From the NCBI RefSeq assembly GCF_965230075.1, contig NZ_OZ245945.1, positions 2,959,462-3,023,461 on the forward strand: a DNA stretch of 64,000 nucleotides, given 5' to 3'. Below, piece after piece: positions 26,373 to 34,745 of the stretch. Source of the stretch: Maridesulfovibrio sp. GTDB lineage: Bacteria > Desulfobacterota > Desulfovibrionia > Desulfovibrionales > Desulfovibrionaceae. The notes under the pieces are model-generated. The model ran no database searches, was not told where the DNA came from, and saw nothing but the letters and a program-made list of their open reading frames with translations. Position 1 is the first letter of the stretch, and every line of letters starts with the position of its first letter. The position numbers and the translations under genes were made by a program.

Positions 26373-27209
26373 ATGAAAACACGTGCCTTATCATATACAC
26401 TTCCCATTATGGCTCCGGCTTTGCTGGCCGTAATCTGGATCGGACTTGCCCGCGAGATCGGCAATCAGGTCATTTTGCCCGGTATAGAACAGGTCGGTCA
26501 TATTGTATTTAATCCCACCAAAGATTTGATCAGCATGGGATCACTGGCCGGCAATGTACTGGTCAGCCTTGTACGGGTGATCATGGGCTATACGCTGGCG
26601 GCAATTGTTGCCATTCCTTTAGGGGTGGTCATGGGCTATTACGGGGTGGTCTTTAAATTTTTCAACGGCTTCCTGAACCTGTTCCGCCCTATCCCTCCAC
26701 TGGCGTGGGTTCCGCTGGTAATGGCCTGGTTCGGTATTTCCAGCCTTGCCACTGTAAGCGGTATGGAAACAGGACAGCTGTATATCTATCTGGACAACAT
26801 CAAATTTTCCATGCTGTTCATTATCTTCATCGGCGCATTCTACCCCATCCTGACTTCGACCATTCACGGGGTACGCAATGTAAATAAAACTCTCATTGAC
26901 TCTGCGCGAGTGCTCGGCGCAAACGAACGGCAGATTTTCCGCAAAGTGCTGCTTCCGGCGGCAATGCCTTCCATCATCACCGGCATGCGTATCGGACTGG
27001 GCATTGCTTGGATGTGCCTTGTTTCCGCTGAAATGCTCCCCGGCTCCCTTTCCGGTATCGGCTATATGATCACCCACGCTTTTACACTGGCCTCAACGGA
27101 TATTGTCATAGCCGGTATGATCTCCATTGGCGCGGTAGGGGCAGCAATGGACGCGGTATTCCGCCACATTGAACATAAACATTTCTCATGGCGCAGGCAG
27201 GCGGGCTAG
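26373..27209 (+). CDS. ABC transporter permease (NitT/TauT family)
   Basis: Six-TM-type sequence with an EAA-loop region, IDSARVLGANERQIFRKVLLPAAMPSIITG. Confidence 0.85.
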   Translation: MKTRALSYTLPIMAPALLAVIWIGLAREIGNQVILPGIEQVGHIVFNPTKDLISMGSLAGNVLVSLVRVIMGYTLAAIVAIPLGVVMGYYGVVFKFFNGFLNLFRPIPPLAWVPLVMAWFGISSLATVSGMETGQLYIYLDNIKFSMLFIIFIGAFYPILTSTIHGVRNVNKTLIDSARVLGANERQIFRKVLLPAAMPSIITGMRIGLGIAWMCLVSAEMLPGSLSGIGYMITHAFTLASTDIVIAGMISIGAVGAAMDAVFRHIEHKHFSWRRQAG

Positions 27210-27971
27210 ATGAACCAAGAATTAAAACAAGTCATAGAAATCAACAGACTGAGCAAAGAATACACCACTGGAACAGGAAATACTGTTCTTGCTGTTGACG
27301 GCATCAGCCTGCAAATTCCCCGCAATTCCTTTACCTGCATTGTCGGGCCTTCGGGGTGTGGTAAATCCACCATTCTGCGTATTGCTGCAGGGCTGGAAGA
27401 AAGTTCTGCAGGTACTGTCCATTACAATGGAAATCCGGTCAGCAAACCTTGCGCGGAGATCGGCCTTGTTTTTCAGGAATACTCACTGTTCCCGTGGTTG
27501 AGCGTACTCGACAATGTTGCAGCCGGACCTGAATTTGCCAGGGTGACTAAAGAAAAGCGTTATAAAGACGCAAAACATTACATCCGCATGGTCAACATGA
27601 TTGATTTCAAGGATGCCTATCCCCACGAACTTTCGGGAGGCATGCGCCAAAGGGTTGCCATTGCCCGCGCTCTTGCCAATGAACCGGATGTACTGCTTAT
27701 GGATGAGCCCTTCGGAGCACTGGATGCCCACACCCGCATCCTGCTGCAAAAGGAACTGCTTAAAGTCTGGGAGATGACCCGCAAAACCATCGTATTGGTG
27801 ACCCACTCCGTTGATGAAGCTGTTTACCTTGCTGACCGCATAGTGATCATGTCCAGCCGACCGGGCCGTATCCACAAAGTGCTTGATGTGGAGATGGAAC
27901 GGCCCCGCAGCAGGGCCATGCCCGAATTCGGGGAGCTGACAGATTATATTTTGAAAGAGCTGGAGCATTAA
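27210..27971 (+). CDS. ABC transporter ATP-binding protein
   Basis: Walker A GPSGCGKST, ABC signature LSGGMRQRV, Walker B LLMDEPFGALD. The start abuts the permease stop. Confidence 0.9.
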   Translation: MNQELKQVIEINRLSKEYTTGTGNTVLAVDGISLQIPRNSFTCIVGPSGCGKSTILRIAAGLEESSAGTVHYNGNPVSKPCAEIGLVFQEYSLFPWLSVLDNVAAGPEFARVTKEKRYKDAKHYIRMVNMIDFKDAYPHELSGGMRQRVAIARALANEPDVLLMDEPFGALDAHTRILLQKELLKVWEMTRKTIVLVTHSVDEAVYLADRIVIMSSRPGRIHKVLDVEMERPRSRAMPEFGELTDYILKELEH

Positions 27972-28052
27972 ACTTTAATATTGATTTTTATCCCCTGCCC
28001 CCATAGTAAGGCCGGAAAGCGAACCAAACTTCTGATCATAGGGATAAACAAC

Positions 28053-28508
28053 ATGCAAATCTGGGTTGATGCCGATGCCTGCCCCAAGGCCGTAAAAGAA
28101 ATTCTGTTCAAGACCGCCATGCGCCGGGAAGTGAAGCTTACCCTCGTGGCCAATCAATACATGAATATTCCCACATCCCCTTTCATTGACATGCTCAAGG
28201 TCGGTGCCGGATTCGATGTGGCGGACAATGAAATCGTAAAGCAGTGCAGCCCCGGAGATCTGGTCATCACCGCAGATATTCCGCTGGCGGACAAGGTTGT
28301 CGAAAAAGGCGCAACAGGCCTTAACCCGCGCGGAGAGCTGTACACAGAAGACAACATCAAGGGGATTTTAAGCATGCGCAACCTTATAGAAGAACTGCGT
28401 AGCGCGGGCACGGTTTCCGGCGGTCCGGCCGCTTTCAGCCCCAAGGACAAACAGAATTTCACCAACCAGCTGGATAAATTCCTGACCCGCAACCTGAACC
28501 GTATTTAA
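28053..28508 (+). CDS. YaiI/YqxD-family protein (UPF0178/DUF188)
   Basis: [19 protein letters not shown]... is the characteristic N-terminus of this family. The ATG at 28053 is preferred over the track start at 27981. Confidence 0.8.
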   Translation: MQIWVDADACPKAVKEILFKTAMRREVKLTLVANQYMNIPTSPFIDMLKVGAGFDVADNEIVKQCSPGDLVITADIPLADKVVEKGATGLNPRGELYTEDNIKGILSMRNLIEELRSAGTVSGGPAAFSPKDKQNFTNQLDKFLTRNLNRI

Positions 28509-28613
28509 CAAAGCATAAAAATCTTCCCGTAAATATATACATCTCCTCCCTAAATCTGCTAAGCTTAGTCTGAAAACCATGCTCTGACGATCAAATAAGC
28601 ACGGGAGGCCAGC

Positions 28614-29891
28614 ATGACAGATCTCCATTTCTCAGACCCGAAGACTGCTGAAAGACACCAACTGGAAAAGCTGAACCAGATTCTGGGCATTGCCGTTCAG
28701 GCCCCTTTTTATAAAAGACTATACCAAGGCATTGAACTGCCCCTGAAGAGTCTGGATGAACTCAAGCAAATTCCGATTATCGACAAGCAGACCCTCTGTA
28801 CTGAAGGGGAAACATGCAAGAAGTCCCTCTATACTCGCACCACAGGTGGGTTCTACAAGTTTTCCACCGGAGGCACTTCCGGCAGGATGAGTTTTGCCCG
28901 CTATGGACTGGATGAATTTCAGGAAGTATGCAACGGCGCGGCCTATGGCCTCACAGCCTGCGGGATCACCCCTGAAGACCTTGTAGCCAACTGCATCCGG
29001 GCCGGGGCTTTCTGGACCGGTTTTCTAATCAGCTACCGCGCACTTGAAATGATCGGCTGTAACATCTTGCCCATCACTGATAACCAGCCCGTGGAACGGA
29101 CCCTTGATTATCTGGAAATGATGGGCCCCAACACCCTTTTCGGTATCTCACCCACGCTGGTCCAGATTGCGCAGGCAGCTACACGGCGTGGCCTTAAGCT
29201 TGATATAGAAAAAGTGGCCTTTGCCTCGACTCCCCTGACCACGGAACAGGAAAGTTATCTTGCGTCAATCTGGCCCAACGCCACCTTCCACTCTGCCGGA
29301 TACGGTGCAGCAGAAGTCGGTCCCATCGGCTTCCAATGTGAACACTGTACCGGAACAGAACACCACATCCTGCAACCGCACTGCATTGTGGAACAGGATG
29401 ATGACGGCGGAATCATCGCCACTTCACTGATCCGTTCCCTGCAACCAGCCATCCGCATGAAGGTGGGCGACAACATTGAATGGATGGACGGCGAATGCCC
29501 CTGCGGCAGGACCAGCCCGCGCTTCAGGTTGCTGCAACGATCCGATGAAATCATCGAATTCCAATATGACACTATGTCACTGGAACAGATCAGTTCCTGC
29601 CTCGGCAATTTCCGGGAACTGGCCCCGGTATTTCAGATTCGGCTGGACCTCAACGGCGAGGAAACAGACATCATCATCCGGGTGGAAGCAGCGGATGCGG
29701 ATGCTGTGGACGACTACCAGCTGAGTTCAAAAGTCTATGAATGCCTGACTGACGACATCCCAGCAGTCGGCGTCAACCGCAAGAAAAACAGCATCCGCGC
29801 CTTTAAGATTCTGGTTGTCCCCTCCGGCGGCATACAGAGGGTGGAAACCACGGGTAAGATCAGGCGGGTCATTGATAAGCGGTTCATGTAA
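28614..29891 (+). CDS. Phenylacetate-CoA-ligase-like adenylate-forming enzyme (PaaK / F390-synthetase family)
   Basis: P-loop-like AMP motif FSTGGTSGRMSF, and a length and layout typical of the PaaK family (425 aa). Confidence 0.8.
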   Translation: MTDLHFSDPKTAERHQLEKLNQILGIAVQAPFYKRLYQGIELPLKSLDELKQIPIIDKQTLCTEGETCKKSLYTRTTGGFYKFSTGGTSGRMSFARYGLDEFQEVCNGAAYGLTACGITPEDLVANCIRAGAFWTGFLISYRALEMIGCNILPITDNQPVERTLDYLEMMGPNTLFGISPTLVQIAQAATRRGLKLDIEKVAFASTPLTTEQESYLASIWPNATFHSAGYGAAEVGPIGFQCEHCTGTEHHILQPHCIVEQDDDGGIIATSLIRSLQPAIRMKVGDNIEWMDGECPCGRTSPRFRLLQRSDEIIEFQYDTMSLEQISSCLGNFRELAPVFQIRLDLNGEETDIIIRVEAADADAVDDYQLSSKVYECLTDDIPAVGVNRKKNSIRAFKILVVPSGGIQRVETTGKIRRVIDKRFM

Positions 29892-29953
29892 ATTAAAACA
29901 TAAACCCAAAGCTCCTCTTTGCCGGAAAGGTAAGGAGGGGCTTTGTTTTTGGG

Positions 29954-29975
29954 AAAATTACACCCGTGTAATTTT
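29954..29975 (+). promoter_or_regulatory. Candidate OmpR/CusR-type response-regulator box upstream of the 4Fe-4S/RR/HK operon
   Basis: AAAATTACACCCGTGTAATTTT is an inverted repeat (ATTAC-N6-GTAAT, flanked by A4/T4). It is repeated with its downstream flank at 32933-32972. Confidence 0.5.
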
Positions 29976-30050
29976 CAGGTAATCAGCAGGCAAGAGTACT
30001 CACCCACTATTCCCCTCAGATGAACATTTATTTCAAAACAAGGGGAAAAC

Positions 30051-30833
30051 ATGAAACTTTATAAAAAAGACACACCATTTACCTTTTCAAGGGACGCCAT
30101 ACGCTTTTTCTTTGCTGCAAACTTTTACTTTCTGGGAAAGCTCATGGGCATCGATTTTGAGCTGGAAAGCGAATACCTCGTACTTGGTTCCATAATTCTT
30201 TTCGGACCGTTTTTCTGTAGCTGGGCCTGCCCGTTCGGAAGTGCTTCCTATTTTGTAACCCGCATCGGCAACAAGCTCTTCCCGAAGCTGCAATTCAACA
30301 TCCCCCAGCCCTATGATAAGTGGCTGCGCATGCTGCGTTACCCGCTGCTGGGATTCTTCCTTTACCTGTTCTTCATCAAAGGGGTCAGCTATTTCGGTGA
30401 CCATATCGAGATGTACAAATCCACCGCATTTTCGTGGAACTTCATTAAGGTGAAACATTTTGCGGTCCTGCTTATTCCCTTGTTTATTCCTCAGTTTTTC
30501 TGCAAATACATGTGCTTTCAGAAAGCTGGTTACAACCTGATCAATAAGGCGATTAAAATCTGCAAAATTAAACGAGACACAGAGACCTGCATCGACTGCA
30601 AAAAATGTGACCGGGTCTGCCCCATGCAGGTCAATCCTTCATCCAAAAAGGAAATCTGCGGAGACGACTGCCTGAGCTGCTACAATTGTCTGGATAATGC
30701 CTGCCCGCCCAAAGCAAACGCCCTTTCACTGGAATTCCTCGGCCTCAAAGTCAATCCGGGAGTATTCTCAGTTACGATCATGACTGTTTATCTGGCCGCG
30801 ACCTATCTGGTCTTGTTTGTATATCAATGGTAA
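30051..30833 (+). CDS. Membrane-bound 4Fe-4S-binding protein (NapH/MauN-like)
   Basis: Several TM segments plus ferredoxin motifs (CIDCKKCDRVCP; CLSCYNCLDNACP). Confidence 0.7.
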   Translation: MKLYKKDTPFTFSRDAIRFFFAANFYFLGKLMGIDFELESEYLVLGSIILFGPFFCSWACPFGSASYFVTRIGNKLFPKLQFNIPQPYDKWLRMLRYPLLGFFLYLFFIKGVSYFGDHIEMYKSTAFSWNFIKVKHFAVLLIPLFIPQFFCKYMCFQKAGYNLINKAIKICKIKRDTETCIDCKKCDRVCPMQVNPSSKKEICGDDCLSCYNCLDNACPPKANALSLEFLGLKVNPGVFSVTIMTVYLAATYLVLFVYQW

Positions 30834-30887
30834 TAATAGAGCTGTGCGGTCAAACAAGGCCGCACAGCCTTTCAAAGGAGACAGACT

Positions 30888-31568
30888 TTGCGGATACTGA
30901 TTGTTGAAGATGATACGACTATTGCCGAATACATTGCAAAAGGACTGCGCGAATCCGGCTTTACCGTAGATCATGCTGCGGACGGAAATGATGGACTGAA
31001 CTTTGCCCTGAACACTGAATATGACGCAGCCATAATAGATCTCATGCTTCCGGGACGCGACGGATTGAGCATCATTGCCGAGATGCGGAGCCGCACAATC
31101 GAAACCCCGGTGCTCATTCTCAGTGCCCGCCAAAGTGTTGATGACAAGGTCTCCGGACTTCAAGCCGGGGGCGATGATTACCTGACCAAACCATTTTCCT
31201 TTGCCGAATTGCAAGCCCGTTTGCAGGCCCTTATCCGCAGGTCATCCCGCACCCCGTCAGAATCAAAACTACAGGTCGGCAATCTGGTTCTAGACCGTTT
31301 TACCCGTGAAGTGACCCGTGAGGGCACACCAATTATCCTTCACGCAAGGGAGTACGGGCTGCTGGAATACATGATGAACAATGCCGGACGGGTCATCACC
31401 AAAACAATGATCCTTGAACATATCTGGGATTACAGCTTCAATCCGCAAACGAATGTGGTGGAAGTGCTCATGCACCGTCTGCGTTCCAAGGTGGACAAGC
31501 CTTTTGCGGACAACCTGATTTCCACAATCCGCGGAGTCGGCTATGTGCTCACTGACCAGAAAAATTAA
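30888..31568 (+). CDS. OmpR-family response regulator (CusR/CopR-like)
   Basis: A receiver domain (MRILIVEDD ... DLMLPGRDG ... LSARQ) and a winged-helix output domain (TREGTPIILHAREYGLLEYMM ... IRGVGYVL). The TTG start follows AGGAG. Confidence 0.9.
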   Translation: MRILIVEDDTTIAEYIAKGLRESGFTVDHAADGNDGLNFALNTEYDAAIIDLMLPGRDGLSIIAEMRSRTIETPVLILSARQSVDDKVSGLQAGGDDYLTKPFSFAELQARLQALIRRSSRTPSESKLQVGNLVLDRFTREVTREGTPIILHAREYGLLEYMMNNAGRVITKTMILEHIWDYSFNPQTNVVEVLMHRLRSKVDKPFADNLISTIRGVGYVLTDQKN

Positions 31569-32934
31569 AAAAAATTTTAATTCCTACCGGATTATATCAG
31601 CTTACTTCCTACTCTTTGTCACCAGCGCGCTCTGCTTATTCGCGCTGAGCACTTTTATGCTTGATTTCTATCTTACGCAGATGGAACGGGAGCGCATAAC
31701 CGAAAGGGTGCAAACATATAAAAACATCCATGATGAAAAGGGCTTTGAGTCACTACTGAAAACAATACGAACCCAGCATCAAGCCAACAGATTCAGCAAT
31801 ATTTTTATTTATATTACTGATGCAAACGGAAAAACAGTCTGGCTGACCATACCGCAGGAACTCGATGAGCTGGAATGGACTCCGCTCCAACTGAAAGCCA
31901 TACCGAAACAGTCAGGGTGGCACCCGCTGGACCTGCCCATACTAAATGATCTGGATATTCTGGTAACCCCGCTTGAGAATGGATACGCCCTGCATACCGG
32001 ACGCACCACCGAACGACAGGAGTTCATGGTTGAAGGCCTACAAAGCATATTTATGATCGTCCTTGGCGGGATGATCATCCTAGGACTCATCGGCGGGATA
32101 ATGTTTTCCCGCCATGTTTTGCGCCCGGTTCGGAAACTGGCCGCAACAGCAAAAAAAGTATCTTCCGGCGATATGAAAAGCAGAGTTCCGGTCTTTGAAA
32201 AAAGCGGGGAACTGCGCGAACTGGCTGAATTGTTCAACCACATGCTGGAACGGATAGAAATCCTGATCACAGCCATGCGCGACACCCTGGGCAATGTCAG
32301 CCACGACCTGAAAACCCCGCTAGCGCGCATGAAAGCCCGTATTGAGCAAACACTGCTATCAGAAGCTTGCGTGGAGGAACAGCGGGAAATACTCATGGAT
32401 TGCGCAGAGGATGTGGAACGCATCGACAAGCTTATCAATATGCTCATGGATATTACCGAGGCGGAAACCGGACAGGTGCACCTTTCTCCCGAGCCTCTCT
32501 CTTGCTCAGAACTGGTCTCTGAAACAATTGACCTCTATGAAATAATTGCTGAAGAACGCAGCATCACCATAGATGACCAAGCCAATAACTTCATGATTTC
32601 AGCGGACCGACAACGCACCCTGCAGGTCCTCGGCAACCTGACCGACAACGGGCTGAAATACACCCCTGAAGGTGGTAGGATTGTTTTCAAAACCAAACTT
32701 GAAGACAAATTCACGGTGATTTCCATACAGGACACCGGACCGGGAATACCGGAAGAAGAACGGGAACGCATTTTTGAAAAACTATACCGTGAAGATAAAA
32801 GCCGCTCTACCAAAGGCGTAGGATTGGGATTAAGCCTTGTACGCGCAGTAATGCAAGCCCATGGCGGAACAGTTACTGTCCGAGAAGCCCCGCAAGGCGG
32901 CAGTATTTTTGAAATCCGTTTTCCAAGAAATTAA
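31543..32934 (+). CDS. Sensor histidine kinase (two TM segments, HAMP, HisKA, HATPase_c)
   Basis: H-box LGNVSHDLKTPLA, N-box GNLTDNGLKYTP, and G-boxes QDTGPGIP / GVGLGLSL. It overlaps the RR gene by 26 nt. Confidence 0.85.
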   Translation: MCSLTRKIKKNFNSYRIISAYFLLFVTSALCLFALSTFMLDFYLTQMERERITERVQTYKNIHDEKGFESLLKTIRTQHQANRFSNIFIYITDANGKTVWLTIPQELDELEWTPLQLKAIPKQSGWHPLDLPILNDLDILVTPLENGYALHTGRTTERQEFMVEGLQSIFMIVLGGMIILGLIGGIMFSRHVLRPVRKLAATAKKVSSGDMKSRVPVFEKSGELRELAELFNHMLERIEILITAMRDTLGNVSHDLKTPLARMKARIEQTLLSEACVEEQREILMDCAEDVERIDKLINMLMDITEAETGQVHLSPEPLSCSELVSETIDLYEIIAEERSITIDDQANNFMISADRQRTLQVLGNLTDNGLKYTPEGGRIVFKTKLEDKFTVISIQDTGPGIPEEERERIFEKLYREDKSRSTKGVGLGLSLVRAVMQAHGGTVTVREAPQGGSIFEIRFPRN

Positions 32935-32954
32935 AATTACGTGGCTGTAATTTT
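32933..32954 (+). promoter_or_regulatory. Second copy of the RR box, upstream of the PepSY gene
   Basis: AAAATTACGTGGCTGTAATTTT. The 8-nt left arm and 10-nt right arm are identical to those of the box at 29954. The following ...GTAA.CA...GGCAA is also conserved. The box overlaps the kinase stop codon. Confidence 0.5.
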
Positions 32955-33018
32955 CGAGTAAGCAACGGGCAATCACCATTTTCCATGATGGTCTCAACAA
33001 ACAAAAAGGAGATCCACC

Positions 33019-33618
33019 ATGGATAAAGCAATCATTAAAGAACTGTTCATAGTTTTCTGTGCCGCCATTACCGTAACCTTCGGGGCAATCTCAGCCATTG
33101 CCGATGATTTTTACAGCGATGACTATATCAAAAGCGCTGACTACATCATGAAATCTGCTCAGCACAGCAATTGCACCCTTGCCGCTCTGGTTGGAAAAGC
33201 TGAAAAAGCAGCTCAGGGAATTGCTATTGAAGTAGAGATCGAAGATGAAGACGGCCAACAATATGTTGAAGTAGACATCCTCCGTCAAAAGGACATTGTA
33301 CAGGTTAAATGTTCACTCATGACCGGAAAAATCCTGAACATCAGTGAACCGGAGTTCCTGTCCAGCCTGATTGAAAAATTGTGCAGCCAATACCAATCAA
33401 CACAGGACAAAAAGTTAAGTATGGAAGAAGCCATCCGTCAGGCTGAAATCAACACCTGCAGCACTGCCTACAGGGCGGAAATAGAAAATATTGACGGCCT
33501 GCTCTGCTATCAAATCCACCTTTTCACCCCGCAGAGAACCATCATGGTTATGCTTGACCCTGAAAGCGGAAGAGTCCTCAGCCACCGGGATATTGAACGC
33601 CGGGATGACGATCACTAA
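33019..33618 (+). CDS. Secreted PepSY-domain protein
   Basis: N-terminal hydrophobic signal. Two PepSY-like units (AAQGIAIEVEIEDEDGQQYVEVDIL ... KCSLMTGKIL; STAYRAEIENIDGLLCYQIHLF ... LDPESGRVL). Confidence 0.65.
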   Translation: MDKAIIKELFIVFCAAITVTFGAISAIADDFYSDDYIKSADYIMKSAQHSNCTLAALVGKAEKAAQGIAIEVEIEDEDGQQYVEVDILRQKDIVQVKCSLMTGKILNISEPEFLSSLIEKLCSQYQSTQDKKLSMEEAIRQAEINTCSTAYRAEIENIDGLLCYQIHLFTPQRTIMVMLDPESGRVLSHRDIERRDDDH

Positions 33619-33626
33619 AAGAAAAA

Positions 33627-33653
33627 GGGCGGAATGTTTATGACATTCCGCCC
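33627..33653. terminator. Hairpin between the convergent PepSY and phosphatase genes
   Basis: 11-bp stem GGGCGGAATGT / ACATTCCGCCC with a 5-nt loop. Confidence 0.5.
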
Positions 33654-33662
33654 TGAAACGAT

Positions 33663-34745
33663 CTATGTTTCATCAAGCCCCTGCGCCATCATCAACTTGA
33701 ACAGAAGCTCAATAAACTTGCCGGAAACCACGTCCGGCAGAGCAAAAAGCGGCAGCGTCTCATCCTGCATGGTTCCAGTGCAGGCAAACCATATTTCTTT
33801 GGAAATTTTATCCAGACCGGGAATAAGCTCCTCGCGCCACAACTGCCCGTTTTCTGACGTATCCAATCCGAAAGCACGGCATTGCAAGGGGCGAAAATCG
33901 AAAAGCCGACACTTGCCATCCTCCAGCAATGGACAAATGGAATCAACACCGGAAAGGCAGAACCCGGCTTCGTTATCACTGGATATTTCGCGCATGGCCA
34001 GCCGTTCAGCACGAGCTGTAACAACGGCTTTTTCAATAACCGCCAAGCGATCCTCATGGGTCAATTCAAGGTTGATGCAATGACTCAGATGAAGGGCCTC
34101 GGCAAGAGTCATCCTTAGCGGAGTCCGGCAACAACGGTCATGGTCCAGACCACATTGTTTGAGATCTTTAAACCTCACGGCCCGCTGTTCAACCTTGCCT
34201 GCCAACTCCAGATAGTCATTAAAAAACGGAGATAAATCTACTTTCCGTTTAAATTCCACACAGGGAGTACGCGCGGTTAATTTACCACTTCTGCGACCAT
34301 ACTTGCGAATAGTCCACCACTGGGAGAAATTAGCAGGTTTGGAACGCAAGGACTTCATTTTCCGTCCGGCCAGCTTATGCCCCAGCCCACGCCGCAAAAG
34401 ATAGGCATTGAGCACAGTCCCGGTCCTGCCGATGCCGTGACGGCAGTGAATAAGAACTTTCTTGCCCAGATAAATGGACTCATCCAGCCACTCAAGCGCA
34501 TTCTCCAGTTCCACCAGTCCCGGGGCTTCTTCGTCTTCAAGTGGCAGGTAATAGACTTCAAATCCGGCATCCTGCTCAATCTCATGCAGATCGCAGAATT
34601 CACCGCAAAGATTGATGATTCCATCAACACCTTGTGCTTTGAGGGAATCCAGCTGAGCATGACTCATGGGAGCGCATCCGACAGCAAGTTGATCGGTCAC
34701 CCAACTAGGTCTATAGGCATGTCCGCTATTCTGCTCAGACATCAA
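33663..34745 (-). CDS. Dual-specificity (Cys-based) phosphatase fused to a YkgJ/UPF0153-type Cys-rich metal-binding domain
   Basis: Catalytic P-loop VLIHCRHGIGRTGT (HCxxGxxR[S/T]). The C-terminal part has CGLDHDRCCRTP and ICPLLEDGKCRLFDFRPLQCRAF, the YkgJ (CxxCxxCC-family) pattern. Confidence 0.75.
   Translation of the reverse strand: MMSEQNSGHAYRPSWVTDQLAVGCAPMSHAQLDSLKAQGVDGIINLCGEFCDLHEIEQDAGFEVYYLPLEDEEAPGLVELENALEWLDESIYLGKKVLIHCRHGIGRTGTVLNAYLLRRGLGHKLAGRKMKSLRSKPANFSQWWTIRKYGRRSGKLTARTPCVEFKRKVDLSPFFNDYLELAGKVEQRAVRFKDLKQCGLDHDRCCRTPLRMTLAEALHLSHCINLELTHEDRLAVIEKAVVTARAERLAMREISSDNEAGFCLSGVDSICPLLEDGKCRLFDFRPLQCRAFGLDTSENGQLWREELIPGLDKISKEIWFACTGTMQDETLPLFALPDVVSGKFIELLFKLMMAQGLDET

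Noticed and set aside
29821-29832. The 11-mer CCTCCGGCGGC, which matches the head of the REP-like elements.
   Set aside because: It lies inside the PaaK-like coding frame (VVPSGGIQRV) and none of the hairpin sequence follows. It is most likely a chance match in GC-rich coding DNA.
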